Assembly (NCBI GenBank): GCA_963727485.1
Contig: CAVSGM010000011.1
Coordinates: 480,001-544,000 of the forward strand
DNA from: an uncultured delta proteobacterium
Lineage (GTDB): Bacteria; Myxococcota; Myxococcia; SLRQ01
Direction of reading: 5' to 3'
DNA: 64,000 nucleotides
A program made the translations under genes and the position numbers. A model generated the notes under the pieces. It saw nothing but the letters and a program-made list of their open reading frames with translations. It was not told the origin of the DNA and did no database searches. Shown here in pieces: positions 1 through 9,278 of the stretch; the stretch's first letter is position 1; every line of letters starts with the position of its first letter.

Positions 1-739
1 ATCATCCACCAGTTCCAGGCCGCCTGCCGCATGGACCAGCGCTACCTGGAGCAGGCGCTCCTCGCCCTCGACACGGTGCGGGCCCAGGTGGGCACCCGGC
101 TCCACCTCGATCCGCCCGGGGCCCCTGCTCACCATGCACCTGCCCTCGGCGAAGACCCTCTCGCGCCTCCAGCGCCTGGCGCTCCCCCCGGGGAAGGTGG
201 CGGTGTTCTACGCCATGGAGTCCTCGGCCAAGGGGCAGCGGGTGGCGGCGAGCCTGGTCATCCGCCAGGGGCGCGACGCCCACCTCGACCTCATCACCAC
301 CGACGCCCACCTCGGGGACGAGGGGCTGCGCGCCGAGACCTGGCGCGACGACCTCGACCGGGTGTGCCGGCGCATCGCCGAGCGGGTGGGGCCCATCCAC
401 CTCGCCTGCTTCGCCGAGGCCAAGGCGGTGACCGGGCTGCTCGCCAGCGGCTTCTCCCTCGAGCTCCTCGACGCCATGCTCGCCGACGGCCGGGTCCTGC
501 TCCCCGCGAGGCCCTTCTACGTGCGGATGGTGCTCAAGCCCTTCTGGCGCCGGCTCCTGCGGCTCTCGCCCCTCAAGGGGATGCGGGCGCTGGTCGGGGG
601 CGAGGCAGCGGCTGGCCCGGCCGCGCTCGAAGCACCGCCTGGGGCGCCGGATGGCGCCGGTCCTGCCACCCGTCCCACTGAAGGTAGCGAAGGAACTCCG
701 CCTGGAACGCCTGCCGCGGGATCCCCACCGAACGGGTGA
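1..739 (+). CDS. hypothetical protein, 5'-truncated, apparent +1 frameshift near 113
   Basis: Frame 1 reads IIHQFQAACRMDQRYLEQALLALD..., and coding-like sequence continues in the 134..739 frame (PLLTMHLPSAKTL...). The switch lies beside GATC at 109-112. Confidence 0.6.
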   Translation, partial: SSTSSRPPAAWTSATWSRRSSPSTRCGPRWAPGSTSIRPGPLLTMHLPSAKTLSRLQRLALPPGKVAVFYAMESSAKGQRVAASLVIRQGRDAHLDLITTDAHLGDEGLRAETWRDDLDRVCRRIAERVGPIHLACFAEAKAVTGLLASGFSLELLDAMLADGRVLLPARPFYVRMVLKPFWRRLLRLSPLKGMRALVGGEAAAGPAALEAPPGAPDGAGPATRPTEGSEGTPPGTPAAGSPPNG

Positions 740-1511
740 AGGCCTCGTCGAAGCCCTCGCCCCGGCGCATGGCACGGAGCAGGTGGCTCACCGACGCCAC
801 CCCGTAGCGCTCCACCAGGAAGGAGAAGGCCCAGTGGGCGGCGCCGTAGACCGCGTCGGACTCGGTGCGGTAGAGGCTCGGGGCGTCGTCCACCGGGTCC
901 TCGCCGGTCTTGCGGATCCAGTGGGCCAGGTGCGCCTCGCTCATCCGCCGCGGTCCCTGGCGCGCGGTCCAGCTCGCCATCCCCTCCCGGAACCAGATGG
1001 GGATCTGGAGGTCCTCGGCCTGCCAGGTCGAGCGGGTGGCGGCGAGCTGGTACATCAGGCAGTGGGTGAGCTCGTGGGTCAGGAGCTCGGCGAGGTTCGC
1101 CAGGCCCCCCTCGAAGATCCCGAAGCGCCTCGGCGACTGGAGGAAGATCTCGTCGTAGCGCGCCCAGGCCCGCAGCCACGGGTAGTGGTGCCGGTCCACC
1201 GCGTCCTCGAGGCCCTGGTGGTCCGGGTAGAGGCGCAGGGTGATGGGGGTCGTGAAGGCGCCCCAGGGGCGGATGCGCGGGACCGCCCGCGCCAGGGCCC
1301 GCTCCAGCTCGGGGATCACCGAGGCGTCGGCGGGGCTGAAGCGCAGGTGGAAGGTGGCGCCGCCGGTGGCGTAGTCGAGGTGGGCGGTGAGCCCGGCGTC
1401 CACCGCGGCGCCCGGGCGGACCTGCCACAGGCACCCCCCTAGGCCCAGCAGGAGCGCTGGCGCCAGGCCCAGGACCCCACGCCGCAGCCGTCCGGTCACT
1501 CCCCGCGCCAT
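573..1511 (-). CDS. peptidase MA-like zinc metallopeptidase, probable lipoprotein
   Basis: HELTH (HExxH) followed by PIWFREG; lipobox-like LGLGGC; ATG overlaps the stop of the response regulator. Confidence 0.75.
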   Translation of the reverse strand: MARGVTGRLRRGVLGLAPALLLGLGGCLWQVRPGAAVDAGLTAHLDYATGGATFHLRFSPADASVIPELERALARAVPRIRPWGAFTTPITLRLYPDHQGLEDAVDRHHYPWLRAWARYDEIFLQSPRRFGIFEGGLANLAELLTHELTHCLMYQLAATRSTWQAEDLQIPIWFREGMASWTARQGPRRMSEAHLAHWIRKTGEDPVDDAPSLYRTESDAVYGAAHWAFSFLVERYGVASVSHLLRAMRRGEGFDEAFTRSVGIPRQAFQAEFLRYLQWDGWQDRRHPAPQAVLRARPGQPLPRPRPAPASP

Positions 1512-2179
1512 CAGACCTCGATGAGCCCCTTGCGGATGCCCTCGGTGACCGCCTCCACCCGGTTGGTGACCTCGAGCTTCTGGTAGATGTGCTCGAGGTG
1601 GGTGCGCACCGTGGCCTTGGAGAGGCCGAGGGTGCCCGCGGCCTCGTTGTTGGACAGGCCCTTGGCGATGAGCTGGAGGATCTCCACCTCGCGGCCGGTG
1701 AGCTTGGGCGTGTCGTCGCCCTCGTCGACGTCCACCGCGCTGTCCTCGGGGGTCACCCGGAAGTGGCGCAGCAGCCGCCGGGCGAGGCTCGGCTGGATGA
1801 CGCTGCCGCCGGCGTGGACCTCCTGGATGGCGGCGACAATCTTGTCGGCCTCGGTGCCCTTGAGGAGGTAGCCCGAGGCCCCGGCCTTGATGGCCTCGAG
1901 GACCCGGTCCTCCTCGTCGAAGATGGTGAAGATGAGGATCTCGGTCTCGGGCCACCGCTCCTTGACCTGGCGGGTGACCTCGATGCCGTCGATGCCCGGG
2001 AGCCCGAGGTCGAGGAGGAGGACCTCCGGGCGCTCGGGGAGCTCGGCGAACTGGGTCAGCGCGCTCTCGCCGGAGGGCGCGGTGTCCACGACCTCGAGGT
2101 CGTCGAAGGTGGAGAGGAGCTTGAGCTGGTTCTTGAGGATCTTCGGCTGGTCCTCGACCACCATCACCCGGATCGCCAT
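1511..2179 (-). CDS. NarL/LuxR-family response regulator
   Basis: REC domain (VVED, LLLDLGLPG, GYLLK) plus LuxR HTH (LTGREVEILQLIAKGLSN...TVRTHLEHIYQKL). Confidence 0.95.
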   Translation of the reverse strand: MAIRVMVVEDQPKILKNQLKLLSTFDDLEVVDTAPSGESALTQFAELPERPEVLLLDLGLPGIDGIEVTRQVKERWPETEILIFTIFDEEDRVLEAIKAGASGYLLKGTEADKIVAAIQEVHAGGSVIQPSLARRLLRHFRVTPEDSAVDVDEGDDTPKLTGREVEILQLIAKGLSNNEAAGTLGLSKATVRTHLEHIYQKLEVTNRVEAVTEGIRKGLIEV

Positions 2180-2180
2180 G

Positions 2181-3529
2181 TCACTTGCTCCTTGTCACGT
2201 CGAGGACGAGGGTCACCCGGGTGCCTCGCCCGGGGTGGATGCCACCTCGAGGTGGCCGCCGGCCTTCTTGGCCCGCTCCGCCATGTTGGTGAGGCCGTAG
2301 TGGCCCCGGAGGGTGCCCCCGGTCTCGAAGCCGGCGCCGTGGTCCTCGACCACCAGCGTGAGCCTCGGGTTCGCCCAGGTGAGCTCGACGTCGACGGCGT
2401 CGGTCCCGGCGTGGCGAGCCACGTTGGTGAGGCACTCCTGGAGCACCCGGAAGATGGTGAGCTGCGCCGAGGGGGGCAGCTCCGGCGGCCGGCCGTGGTG
2501 CTGGAAGCGCACCTCGAGGCGGGCCCGGCCGGCAAAGGTCTGGCAGTAGTCCTCGAGGGCGGGGAGCAGGTCGAAGTCGTCCCGCATCATCGAGATGTTC
2601 CGCCGCAGCTCGTCGATGCTCTCCTCGGCGACGCCCTTGAGCTCGACAATCTCGCCCACCAGGGCCTCGCCGTCCTTCCCGTCCTTCACCGCCTTGCGGG
2701 CGAGGGTCTGGAGGTACTCGGCCTCGATGATCAGCGAGGAGAGCGAGGCGCCGAGGCCGTCGTGGATCTCCCGGGCGATGCGGTTTCGCTCCTCGACCAC
2801 CGCCAGGTCCTTGAGGCCCTGCTGGAGCGTGACCACCTCCTGGTGCCGGGTCTGGTCGCGCTCGTTGAGGTACACCATCACGTAGACGATGATGAAGTTG
2901 ATGGCCGAGTACCAGATGAGCACGAAGAGAATCGAGGACCGCCGGGTCCTGCTGGAAGACCATCTGGTCGATCTTGGCGACGATGGGCAGGGTGAGCAGC
3001 GGCGGGAGGATCGCCAGCGGCTTGGGGAAGAGGATGACGAAGAGGGTGGTGAACATCAGCTGCGTGGCCAGCAGCGGCGAGCTGCAAGCCCCCGCTCGCG
3101 GTGATCATGTAGACCATGACCACCAGGTCGAGGCAGAGGGTGAGGAAGGTGATGGGCCGGGCGAGCTTGGGGCGGTCGAGGCAGAGGAAGGCCCCGACGC
3201 TGTAGCCGACCATCACGAAGTACACGGCGAAGGCCCAGAGGCTCCGGACCCCGAAGGCGGACGACCACCTGGGGATGGCCAGCACCCCGAGGCCGATGCC
3301 GAGGAAGGCCAGCCGCGCGTAGAAGAGGGTGCGCGCGCGGGTGACGAAGCGCTCGTCCTCGAAGCGCTCGGGATCGTAGGCGGGGATCTCCTCGAGGCCC
3401 TGCTCGTGGAGGATCCGGGAGACGGCGATGCCCCGGCGGTCGGCCTGTCGGATCTTCCCAGGCGACCTCGGCGGCGCCCAGTCCCTCGGCCCCGGGGGCC
3501 ACCCCGGCCTCGCTCACGGGCGCTGGCAT
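2181..3529 (-). CDS. membrane sensor histidine kinase (HisKA_3/NarX-like), four apparent frameshifts
   Basis: EERNRIAREIHDGLG H-box, QECLTNVARHA N-box, DHGAGF and HYGLTNMAERA. Multi-TM N-terminus is split over frames at about 3457, 3087, 2930 and 2224. Confidence 0.85.
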
Positions 3530-3593
3530 CGAGCCAAGTCTACGAGCAACGCTGTGCGGGCCACAACCGGTGCCCGCGGCGGTAGGGTGGGGC

Positions 3594-5522
3594 ATGGGCG
3601 TGAAACTGCGGCTCCTGGGCGTCCTCTGCGTCTTCGGGGCATCGGCCGGCGGCGCGGGGTGCCAGGGCGGGCCGGGGCCCGTTACGCTCCCCGGCGACTT
3701 CGGACCGGGCTTCAGCGACATCGGCGCCGGTCTCCGGGCCGCGCCCCCGTGCACCCCCCTGACCCTCGACCAGGTCCAGTTCGGCGAGCCCACGGCGACC
3801 ACCGCCCTCATCGCCGACGTCGACGGCGACGGCCGGGCGGAGGTGATCGCCAGCTGCGCCGGGGACAACGTCAATCCCGCGCCGACCGCGGTGGCCTACC
3901 GCTACGACGCCGCCGCCGGGGCCCTGGTCCCGGCCCCGGCCCTGCTCCCCGCCGGCGTGCCGGCCCTGGTGGGCGTCCTCGACCTCGACGGCGACGGGCA
4001 CCCGGACCTGCTGGCGATGCGGCCCGAGCTCGCCGTCGCCTGGGGACGCGCCGGCGGTGGTTTCGAGCCCTTCGCCCCGCTGGTGGCCTCCGAGGGGAGC
4101 TGGCGCGGCTTGAGCTTCGCCGATGTCGACGGGGACGGGTGGCTGGACGCGGTGGTCGGCGACCGGGCCTGTGCCGCCGGCCACCGGGACCTCTCGCTCC
4201 TCCTGCGCACCGGGCCCCGGTCCTTCGCCCGCCGGGACACGCTGGTCACCCCGGCCTCGCCGGTGCAGCCCTACGGCGCCTTCGCCATCGCCGGGCCCCC
4301 GGGCCGGGGCGAGACGCTGCTGACCCTCGGTTCGGCCTGCTTCGGGGACTCGGCGCCGGGGTTCTACGCGCCCACGGGCCGCGCCGCCGATGGGGCGCCG
4401 ACCTTCACCACCGTCGACCCGCTCCCTGCGGATGCCTGGCCTCGAGACCACGGGGGCCCGGGCGCGGCCGCGACCCTCGCGGACTACGCGCCCATGGCCG
4501 CCGCCACCGGCGACCTCGACGGGGACGGCCTCGAGGACCTGGTGGTCACCCTCGACCCGAGCCTGGAGATCCTCCAGGGCCGGCCCCAGTGGCCCTTCGC
4601 CGACGCGAGCCGCGCCAGCGGGGTCCTCGAGCTCGACGCGCCTACCGGCCTCCCCGAGATCCCCTGGGGGCTCGCCATCGCCGACGTCGACGGCGACGGC
4701 CGCCCGGACCTGGTGGTCGCCCACGGGTACGACGAGGGCGCCTGGCGCGACCCGGCGCGCCAGATCGGCCCCCAGCGGGTCTCCGTCGACTGGAACACCG
4801 GGGGCCTGCGCTTCGGCGACGCCGGCCACGCCCTCCACGTGGACGCACCGGGCCAGTGGCGCTCCGTCGCCGTCGGCGATCTCGACGGGGACGGCGACCC
4901 GGACCTCGCCATCGGGGGCATGGGGCGCCTGCCAGCCATCTACCGAAACGACGTCGACCGGGGGAACCATGGCTTCGGCCTGGTGCTGGTGGGCACCGCC
5001 AGCAACCGCCTGGGCCTCGGGGCCGAGGTCGAGGTGTGGCCCGCCGGCGGCGGGGCTTTGCGCCGCTACACCGTCCCCCGGACCACCCAGTGGCGACTGG
5101 CGCCGGCGCCGGAGATCTTCGTGGGGCTGGGCCGGGCCACCTCCGCCGACCGGGCGCGGATCACCTGGCCCACCGGGGTGGTGCAGGTGGTGCACGACCT
5201 GGCGGCCGGCGCCGACCACCGCGTCGTCGAGCCCCCGCTCTTCACCCTCGACCCCGCCTCGCGCCACCTCCCGGCCGACGGCCACTCGGCCCTCGTGGTC
5301 ACCGTCCACCCGCGCAACCCCGACGGCACGGTACGCGCCGGCGCCCAGGTCTCGGTGAAGACCGCCGGGGGCACGGCGGTGACCCCCTCGGCCACCGACA
5401 CCCTCCCGGACGGGAGCGTCGCCGTCCACCTGGTGGCCCCGACGACCGCCGGGAGCTCGCGGCTCGAGATCACCGTCGACGGAGTGGTCTCGCCCATCCA
5501 CCCCCGGGTGTGGTGGGAGTGA
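3594..5522 (+). CDS. FG-GAP repeat / ASPIC-UnbV (CRTAC1-like) secreted protein with C-terminal Ig-like domain
   Basis: Repeated DxDGDGxxD motifs; SNRLGLGAEVEV...IFVGLG...ITWPTG (ASPIC/UnbV); LPADGHSALVVTV (Big_1-like); N-terminal signal with Cys. Confidence 0.8.
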   Translation: MGVKLRLLGVLCVFGASAGGAGCQGGPGPVTLPGDFGPGFSDIGAGLRAAPPCTPLTLDQVQFGEPTATTALIADVDGDGRAEVIASCAGDNVNPAPTAVAYRYDAAAGALVPAPALLPAGVPALVGVLDLDGDGHPDLLAMRPELAVAWGRAGGGFEPFAPLVASEGSWRGLSFADVDGDGWLDAVVGDRACAAGHRDLSLLLRTGPRSFARRDTLVTPASPVQPYGAFAIAGPPGRGETLLTLGSACFGDSAPGFYAPTGRAADGAPTFTTVDPLPADAWPRDHGGPGAAATLADYAPMAAATGDLDGDGLEDLVVTLDPSLEILQGRPQWPFADASRASGVLELDAPTGLPEIPWGLAIADVDGDGRPDLVVAHGYDEGAWRDPARQIGPQRVSVDWNTGGLRFGDAGHALHVDAPGQWRSVAVGDLDGDGDPDLAIGGMGRLPAIYRNDVDRGNHGFGLVLVGTASNRLGLGAEVEVWPAGGGALRRYTVPRTTQWRLAPAPEIFVGLGRATSADRARITWPTGVVQVVHDLAAGADHRVVEPPLFTLDPASRHLPADGHSALVVTVHPRNPDGTVRAGAQVSVKTAGGTAVTPSATDTLPDGSVAVHLVAPTTAGSSRLEITVDGVVSPIHPRVWWE

Positions 5523-5556
5523 GGGCGTGGTCCCGGACCGGGGTTAGGGTAGGCCC

Positions 5557-6549
5557 ATGCCCATCACCGCACGTGCCGTCCGCATCCGCGAGCCCGGCGA
5601 CGAGTCGGTCCTCGGCCTCGGCGACCTCGAGGTCCGGGACCCGGGCTTCGGCGAGGTTCGCGTCGCCGTCGCCGCCGCCGGCCTCAACCGCGCCGACCTC
5701 CTCCAGCGCCAGGGCTTCTACCCGGCGCCCCCGGGCAGCCCCCCGGACGTCCCGGGCCTCGAGTACGCCGGCACCGTGGAGGCGGTGGGCCCGGGGCCCT
5801 CGGAGCTGAAGGTCGGCGACCGGGTCATGGGCCTCGCCAGCGGCGGCGCCATGGCCACCCACCTGGTGGTCCCGGCGCGGGAGGTGCTCCCGGTCCCGGG
5901 CCGCTTCGACCTCGCCACCGCCGCGGCGATCCCCGAGGTCTTCCTCACCGCCTACGACGCCCTCGTCCTCCAGGGGCGCCTCGCCCCGGGCGAGGTCGCC
6001 CTGATCCACGCGGTGGGCAGCGGGGTGGGGACCGCGGCGGTGCAGCTCGCCCGGGCCGTGGGCGCGCGGCCCGTGGGCACCTCGAGGACCCGGGAGAAGC
6101 TCGAGAGGGTGAAGTCGCTGGGCTGCGACGACGGGATCCTGGTCGAGGACGGGCGCTTCGCCGAGGCGGTGCGCGCCGTCACCTCCGGCCGGGGCGCCGA
6201 CGTCCTCCTCGACCCGGTGGGCGCCGCCTATCTCGGCGAGAACCTGGCGGCGCTCGCGCCCCGGGGGCGGATGGTGGTCATCGGGCTCCTCGGCGGGCGG
6301 ACCGGCGAGCTGCCGCTCGGCCTGGTGCTCTCCCGGCGGCTCCAGATCACCGGCTCGGTGCTCCGGAGCCGGGCCCCGGAGGAGAAGGCGACCCTGGCCC
6401 AGACCGCCCGGCGCCAGCTGCTGCCGCTGTTCGAGGCCGGGCGCCTCGAGCCGGTGATCGACACGGTGCGGCCCATGGCCGAGATCGGCGAGGCCCACGC
6501 GCAGATGGCTTCCAACCGGACCTTCGGGAAGATCGTCCTGACCTGGTGA
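5557..6549 (+). CDS. NAD(P)H-quinone oxidoreductase (PIG3/zeta-crystallin family)
   Basis: GLNRADLLQRQGFYPAPPG, PGLEYAG, HAVGSGVGTAA, GKIVL. Confidence 0.92.
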   Translation: MPITARAVRIREPGDESVLGLGDLEVRDPGFGEVRVAVAAAGLNRADLLQRQGFYPAPPGSPPDVPGLEYAGTVEAVGPGPSELKVGDRVMGLASGGAMATHLVVPAREVLPVPGRFDLATAAAIPEVFLTAYDALVLQGRLAPGEVALIHAVGSGVGTAAVQLARAVGARPVGTSRTREKLERVKSLGCDDGILVEDGRFAEAVRAVTSGRGADVLLDPVGAAYLGENLAALAPRGRMVVIGLLGGRTGELPLGLVLSRRLQITGSVLRSRAPEEKATLAQTARRQLLPLFEAGRLEPVIDTVRPMAEIGEAHAQMASNRTFGKIVLTW

Positions 6550-6593
6550 GGCAGCGCCGGCCCGGGGGGGCCGGGCCGGCGCCGCGGTGCCGG

Positions 6594-8666
6594 CTAGTCG
6601 CCCTGGTCCTGGCGGTCGCGCCGGCGGTCGCGTCGGCGCTCACGCTTCACCTTGACGGTGATGGCGTCGGTGCGCTCCCGCCCGGTCCAGGTGTAGAGGC
6701 CGAAGCGGTCGCCGCTCCAGCCCTTCGGCACGACCAGGGTGGCCGCCACCTGGTACTCGCCGCGCTCGTCGATGCCGCAGGCGTTGGCGAGGTCGACGTC
6801 GAGATCGAGCTGGTCCCGCGCGCTGAGGGTGACGAAGTCGCCGCGGCGGGCGCCGCCGTTGCGCTGGCCGGGGACGGTGCAGCTCTGGGCCTGGCCGCGG
6901 GCGTCCCGGACGTGGAGCCGGACCATCCACCGCCGGGGCCGGGGGGTGGCGTAGGGCTGCCCCTCCGGCGGGCCGAGGTGGAGGGTCACGGTGACGGCCT
7001 CTCCGGCGTGGGCGGCCGGGCGCTGGGCGGTGAGCCAGAGCCGGGGCGCCGGGGTGGGACCACCGGCCGACGGGGGCGGGGGGCCCTCGCCGCGGCCCAC
7101 CTGGAGGCTGAAGGTCTGCGCCGACACCCGGCCCGACCACACGTCCACCGGGCCCCGGGGGCCGGGGATGCGGACGTTCGTCGGGGGGACGTCATAGGTG
7201 AGCGTGACCTGGTAGCGGCCCCGGCCCAGGGGGTTGCAGACCTGGGCGAGATCGACGTTCGCCGAGAGGCTCCCGCCGGAGCCCACCGCCCGGGCCAGGG
7301 ACTGCATCCGGGGCATGGCGCGGATGGACTGGGGCCGGCAGCCGATGAGGTTCCCCCGGTCGTCGACGATGCGCGCCGAGACGAAGAGCCGGGTGGGCTC
7401 GGGGAGGCCGACGATGAAGGCGCTGCGGTTGGTCACGGTGAGGCGTGTGGGGAGGGCGGCGCGGGGGCGCTGCCGCCCGGTGGGAGGCAGGGCGTCGAGG
7501 GTGATCCGCGCCGGCCCCTGGGGCGCCGGGCGCTCCTGGACCGCCCCGGGATCCCGGATGAAGTCGAAGCGCTGGGCCTCGAGGGTGCCGGTGAACAGGC
7601 GCCGGCGGAGGTTCCAGGGCAGCCGGCCGATGTCCTGGGCCGGGAGCTTGTAGCGCACCTGGAGCAGGTAGCGCCCGGGCCGGCCCAGGTCGCACCGCGC
7701 CCGGACGTGGAGGGTGTGGGCGAGCCGGCGGCCGGGGACCAGGAACTGGAGGTCGGCCTGGTTGAAGGGCCGGGCCTGGGGCTGGCGGCAGCTCACCGGG
7801 CGCCCGTCGGCGGTGGTCACCTGGACCTGGAGGCTCCGGGCCTCAGGGGCAGGGCGTAGACCGGCTGCGCGCCGGTGTTGGCGAGGGTGACCTCGACGTC
7901 GAGGGGCTGGCCCACCCGGGTCCGGGTCGGACGCTGGATGCTGAGGCTCAGGCCGGCGGTGGGGGTCGGCGCCGGCGGCGGGGTGTAGCCGCGGACGGTG
8001 AGGGAGGTCTGGCCCCGGAAGGTGCCGGCGAGGGCGTCGGGGCGGCCGAGGCCGGGGACGTGGTAGTCGAGGATCACGCGCCAGTGGCCGGTGGGCACCG
8101 GGCCGCAGAAGCGGTCGAGGTTCACCACCCGCTGGAGCTGGTCCCCCGGGGCGAGGACCACGAAGTTCCCCGGGCGGGCGGCGGTCGGCGCCGGGGGCCC
8201 GCCGCGGCAGGCGTTCCCGCTGCCCAGGGAGAAGTGCATGAAGCCCGGGGCGAGGGCGTGGATGCGCACCGGCTCGGGGTTCCCGTTGGTGAGGGTCACG
8301 GTGACGGGCACCGGCCCGTTCATGGCGTAGGGCGCGCCCTGGGGGGCCAGGGTCAGACGCATCCCGCGCCGGAGCCGCGCCGCGGGCAGGCGGCTCACCG
8401 GCTGGTTCACCGGGCGGCCCCGGTGCACCGGCGGCGGGGCCTGGGGCGGGGGGGCCTCGATCGGGCTGGGGCGGTGGCTGCGGGGCCGGCGCCTGCTGGG
8501 GCGGCTGCCTCCTGCGGCGGCGGCGCCTGCTGCGGCGCGGCTGCTGGGACGGGGGCTGCTGCTGGGGCGGTGGCGCCTGGGCCGGGGTGGCGTTCGGGTT
8601 GGGCGCGGGGACGACGATGCAGCCCGCGATGAGCATGGCGGTGACGACCGGCAAGAGACGACGCAT
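6594..8666 (-). CDS. lipoprotein with Pro/Gln linker and four tandem beta-rich domains; two compensating frameshifts (about 8463 and 7850)
   Basis: MRRLLPVVTAMLIAGC lipobox; four ~130-aa units each with two Cys and a GxYxV/L motif; the middle part reads in the 7817..8428 frame. Confidence 0.65.
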   Translation of the reverse strand: MRRLLPVVTAMLIAGCIVVPAPNPNATPAQAPPPQQQPPSQQPRRSRRRRRRRQPPQQAPAPQPPPQPDRGPPAPGPAAGAPGPPGEPAGEPPARGAAPARDASDPGPPGRALRHERAGARHRDPHQREPRAGAHPRPRPGLHALLPGQRERLPRRAPGADRRPPGELRGPRPGGPAPAGGEPRPLLRPGAHRPLARDPRLPRPRPRPPRRPRRHLPGPDLPHRPRLHPAAGADPHRRPEPQHPASDPDPGGPAPRRRGHPRQHRRAAGLRPAPEARSLQVQVTTADGRPVSCRQPQARPFNQADLQFLVPGRRLAHTLHVRARCDLGRPGRYLLQVRYKLPAQDIGRLPWNLRRRLFTGTLEAQRFDFIRDPGAVQERPAPQGPARITLDALPPTGRQRPRAALPTRLTVTNRSAFIVGLPEPTRLFVSARIVDDRGNLIGCRPQSIRAMPRMQSLARAVGSGGSLSANVDLAQVCNPLGRGRYQVTLTYDVPPTNVRIPGPRGPVDVWSGRVSAQTFSLQVGRGEGPPPPSAGGPTPAPRLWLTAQRPAAHAGEAVTVTLHLGPPEGQPYATPRPRRWMVRLHVRDARGQAQSCTVPGQRNGGARRGDFVTLSARDQLDLDVDLANACGIDERGEYQVAATLVVPKGWSGDRFGLYTWTGRERTDAITVKVKRERRRDRRRDRQDQGD

Positions 8667-8731
8667 GGGGCTCTCCGGCAAGGGGTTCACGGCACTCCGA
8701 CGCAGCGGGCCGGCAGGTATTCGACCCGCGC

Positions 8732-8790
8732 TTGACACCCCACGGGCCGGGGCACATAACCCTACCAAACCGACCAATCCGGTAAACTAC
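8732..8790 (+). promoter_or_regulatory. sigma70-type promoter and candidate Rrf2 operator
   Basis: TTGACA (8732) - 17 nt - CATAAC, then AT-richer AAACCGACCAATCCGGTAAACT with an ACC-N5-GGT dyad just before the ATG. Confidence 0.5.
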
Positions 8791-9270
8791 ATGAAGCTCT
8801 CCACCCGCGCGAGATACGGCCTGCGGGGCCTCTTGGATATCGCGTATCACGACCATGGCCGGGCGACCCACGTGAAGGACATCGCCCGGCGCCAGGACGT
8901 GACCCCCCGGTACCTCGAGCAGATCTTCCAGGCCCTCAAGAAGGCGGGGCTCCTCACCGGCCAGCGCGGTCCCCGGGGCGGCTACGCCCTGGCGCGGGCC
9001 CCGGAGCAAATCACCATCGGCGACGTGGTCCGCGCCACCGAGGGTCCCATCCGCTTCACCGACGCGGCCAAGGAGGGCAGCCGGAGCCACCGCCCGCCCG
9101 GGACCGCCCCCGCCGCCGCGCCGAGCCTCACCCGCACCGTGTGGGACGAGATCGCCCTCAAGCTCGAGGGCTACCTCGACGGCATCAGCGTCGCCGACCT
9201 CTGCCGCCGGGCCGAGGCCGAGGGCCTCCCCCGGGAGGCCGACGCCAAGCGCCTCATGTACTTCATCTAG
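8791..9270 (+). CDS. Rrf2-family transcriptional regulator, CymR-like
   Basis: MKLSTRARYGLR, YLEQIFQALKKAGL, RGPRGGYALAR; lacks the three-Cys Fe-S motif; ends LMYFI. Confidence 0.9.
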   Translation: MKLSTRARYGLRGLLDIAYHDHGRATHVKDIARRQDVTPRYLEQIFQALKKAGLLTGQRGPRGGYALARAPEQITIGDVVRATEGPIRFTDAAKEGSRSHRPPGTAPAAAPSLTRTVWDEIALKLEGYLDGISVADLCRRAEAEGLPREADAKRLMYFI

Positions 9271-9278
9271 GAACCCTG

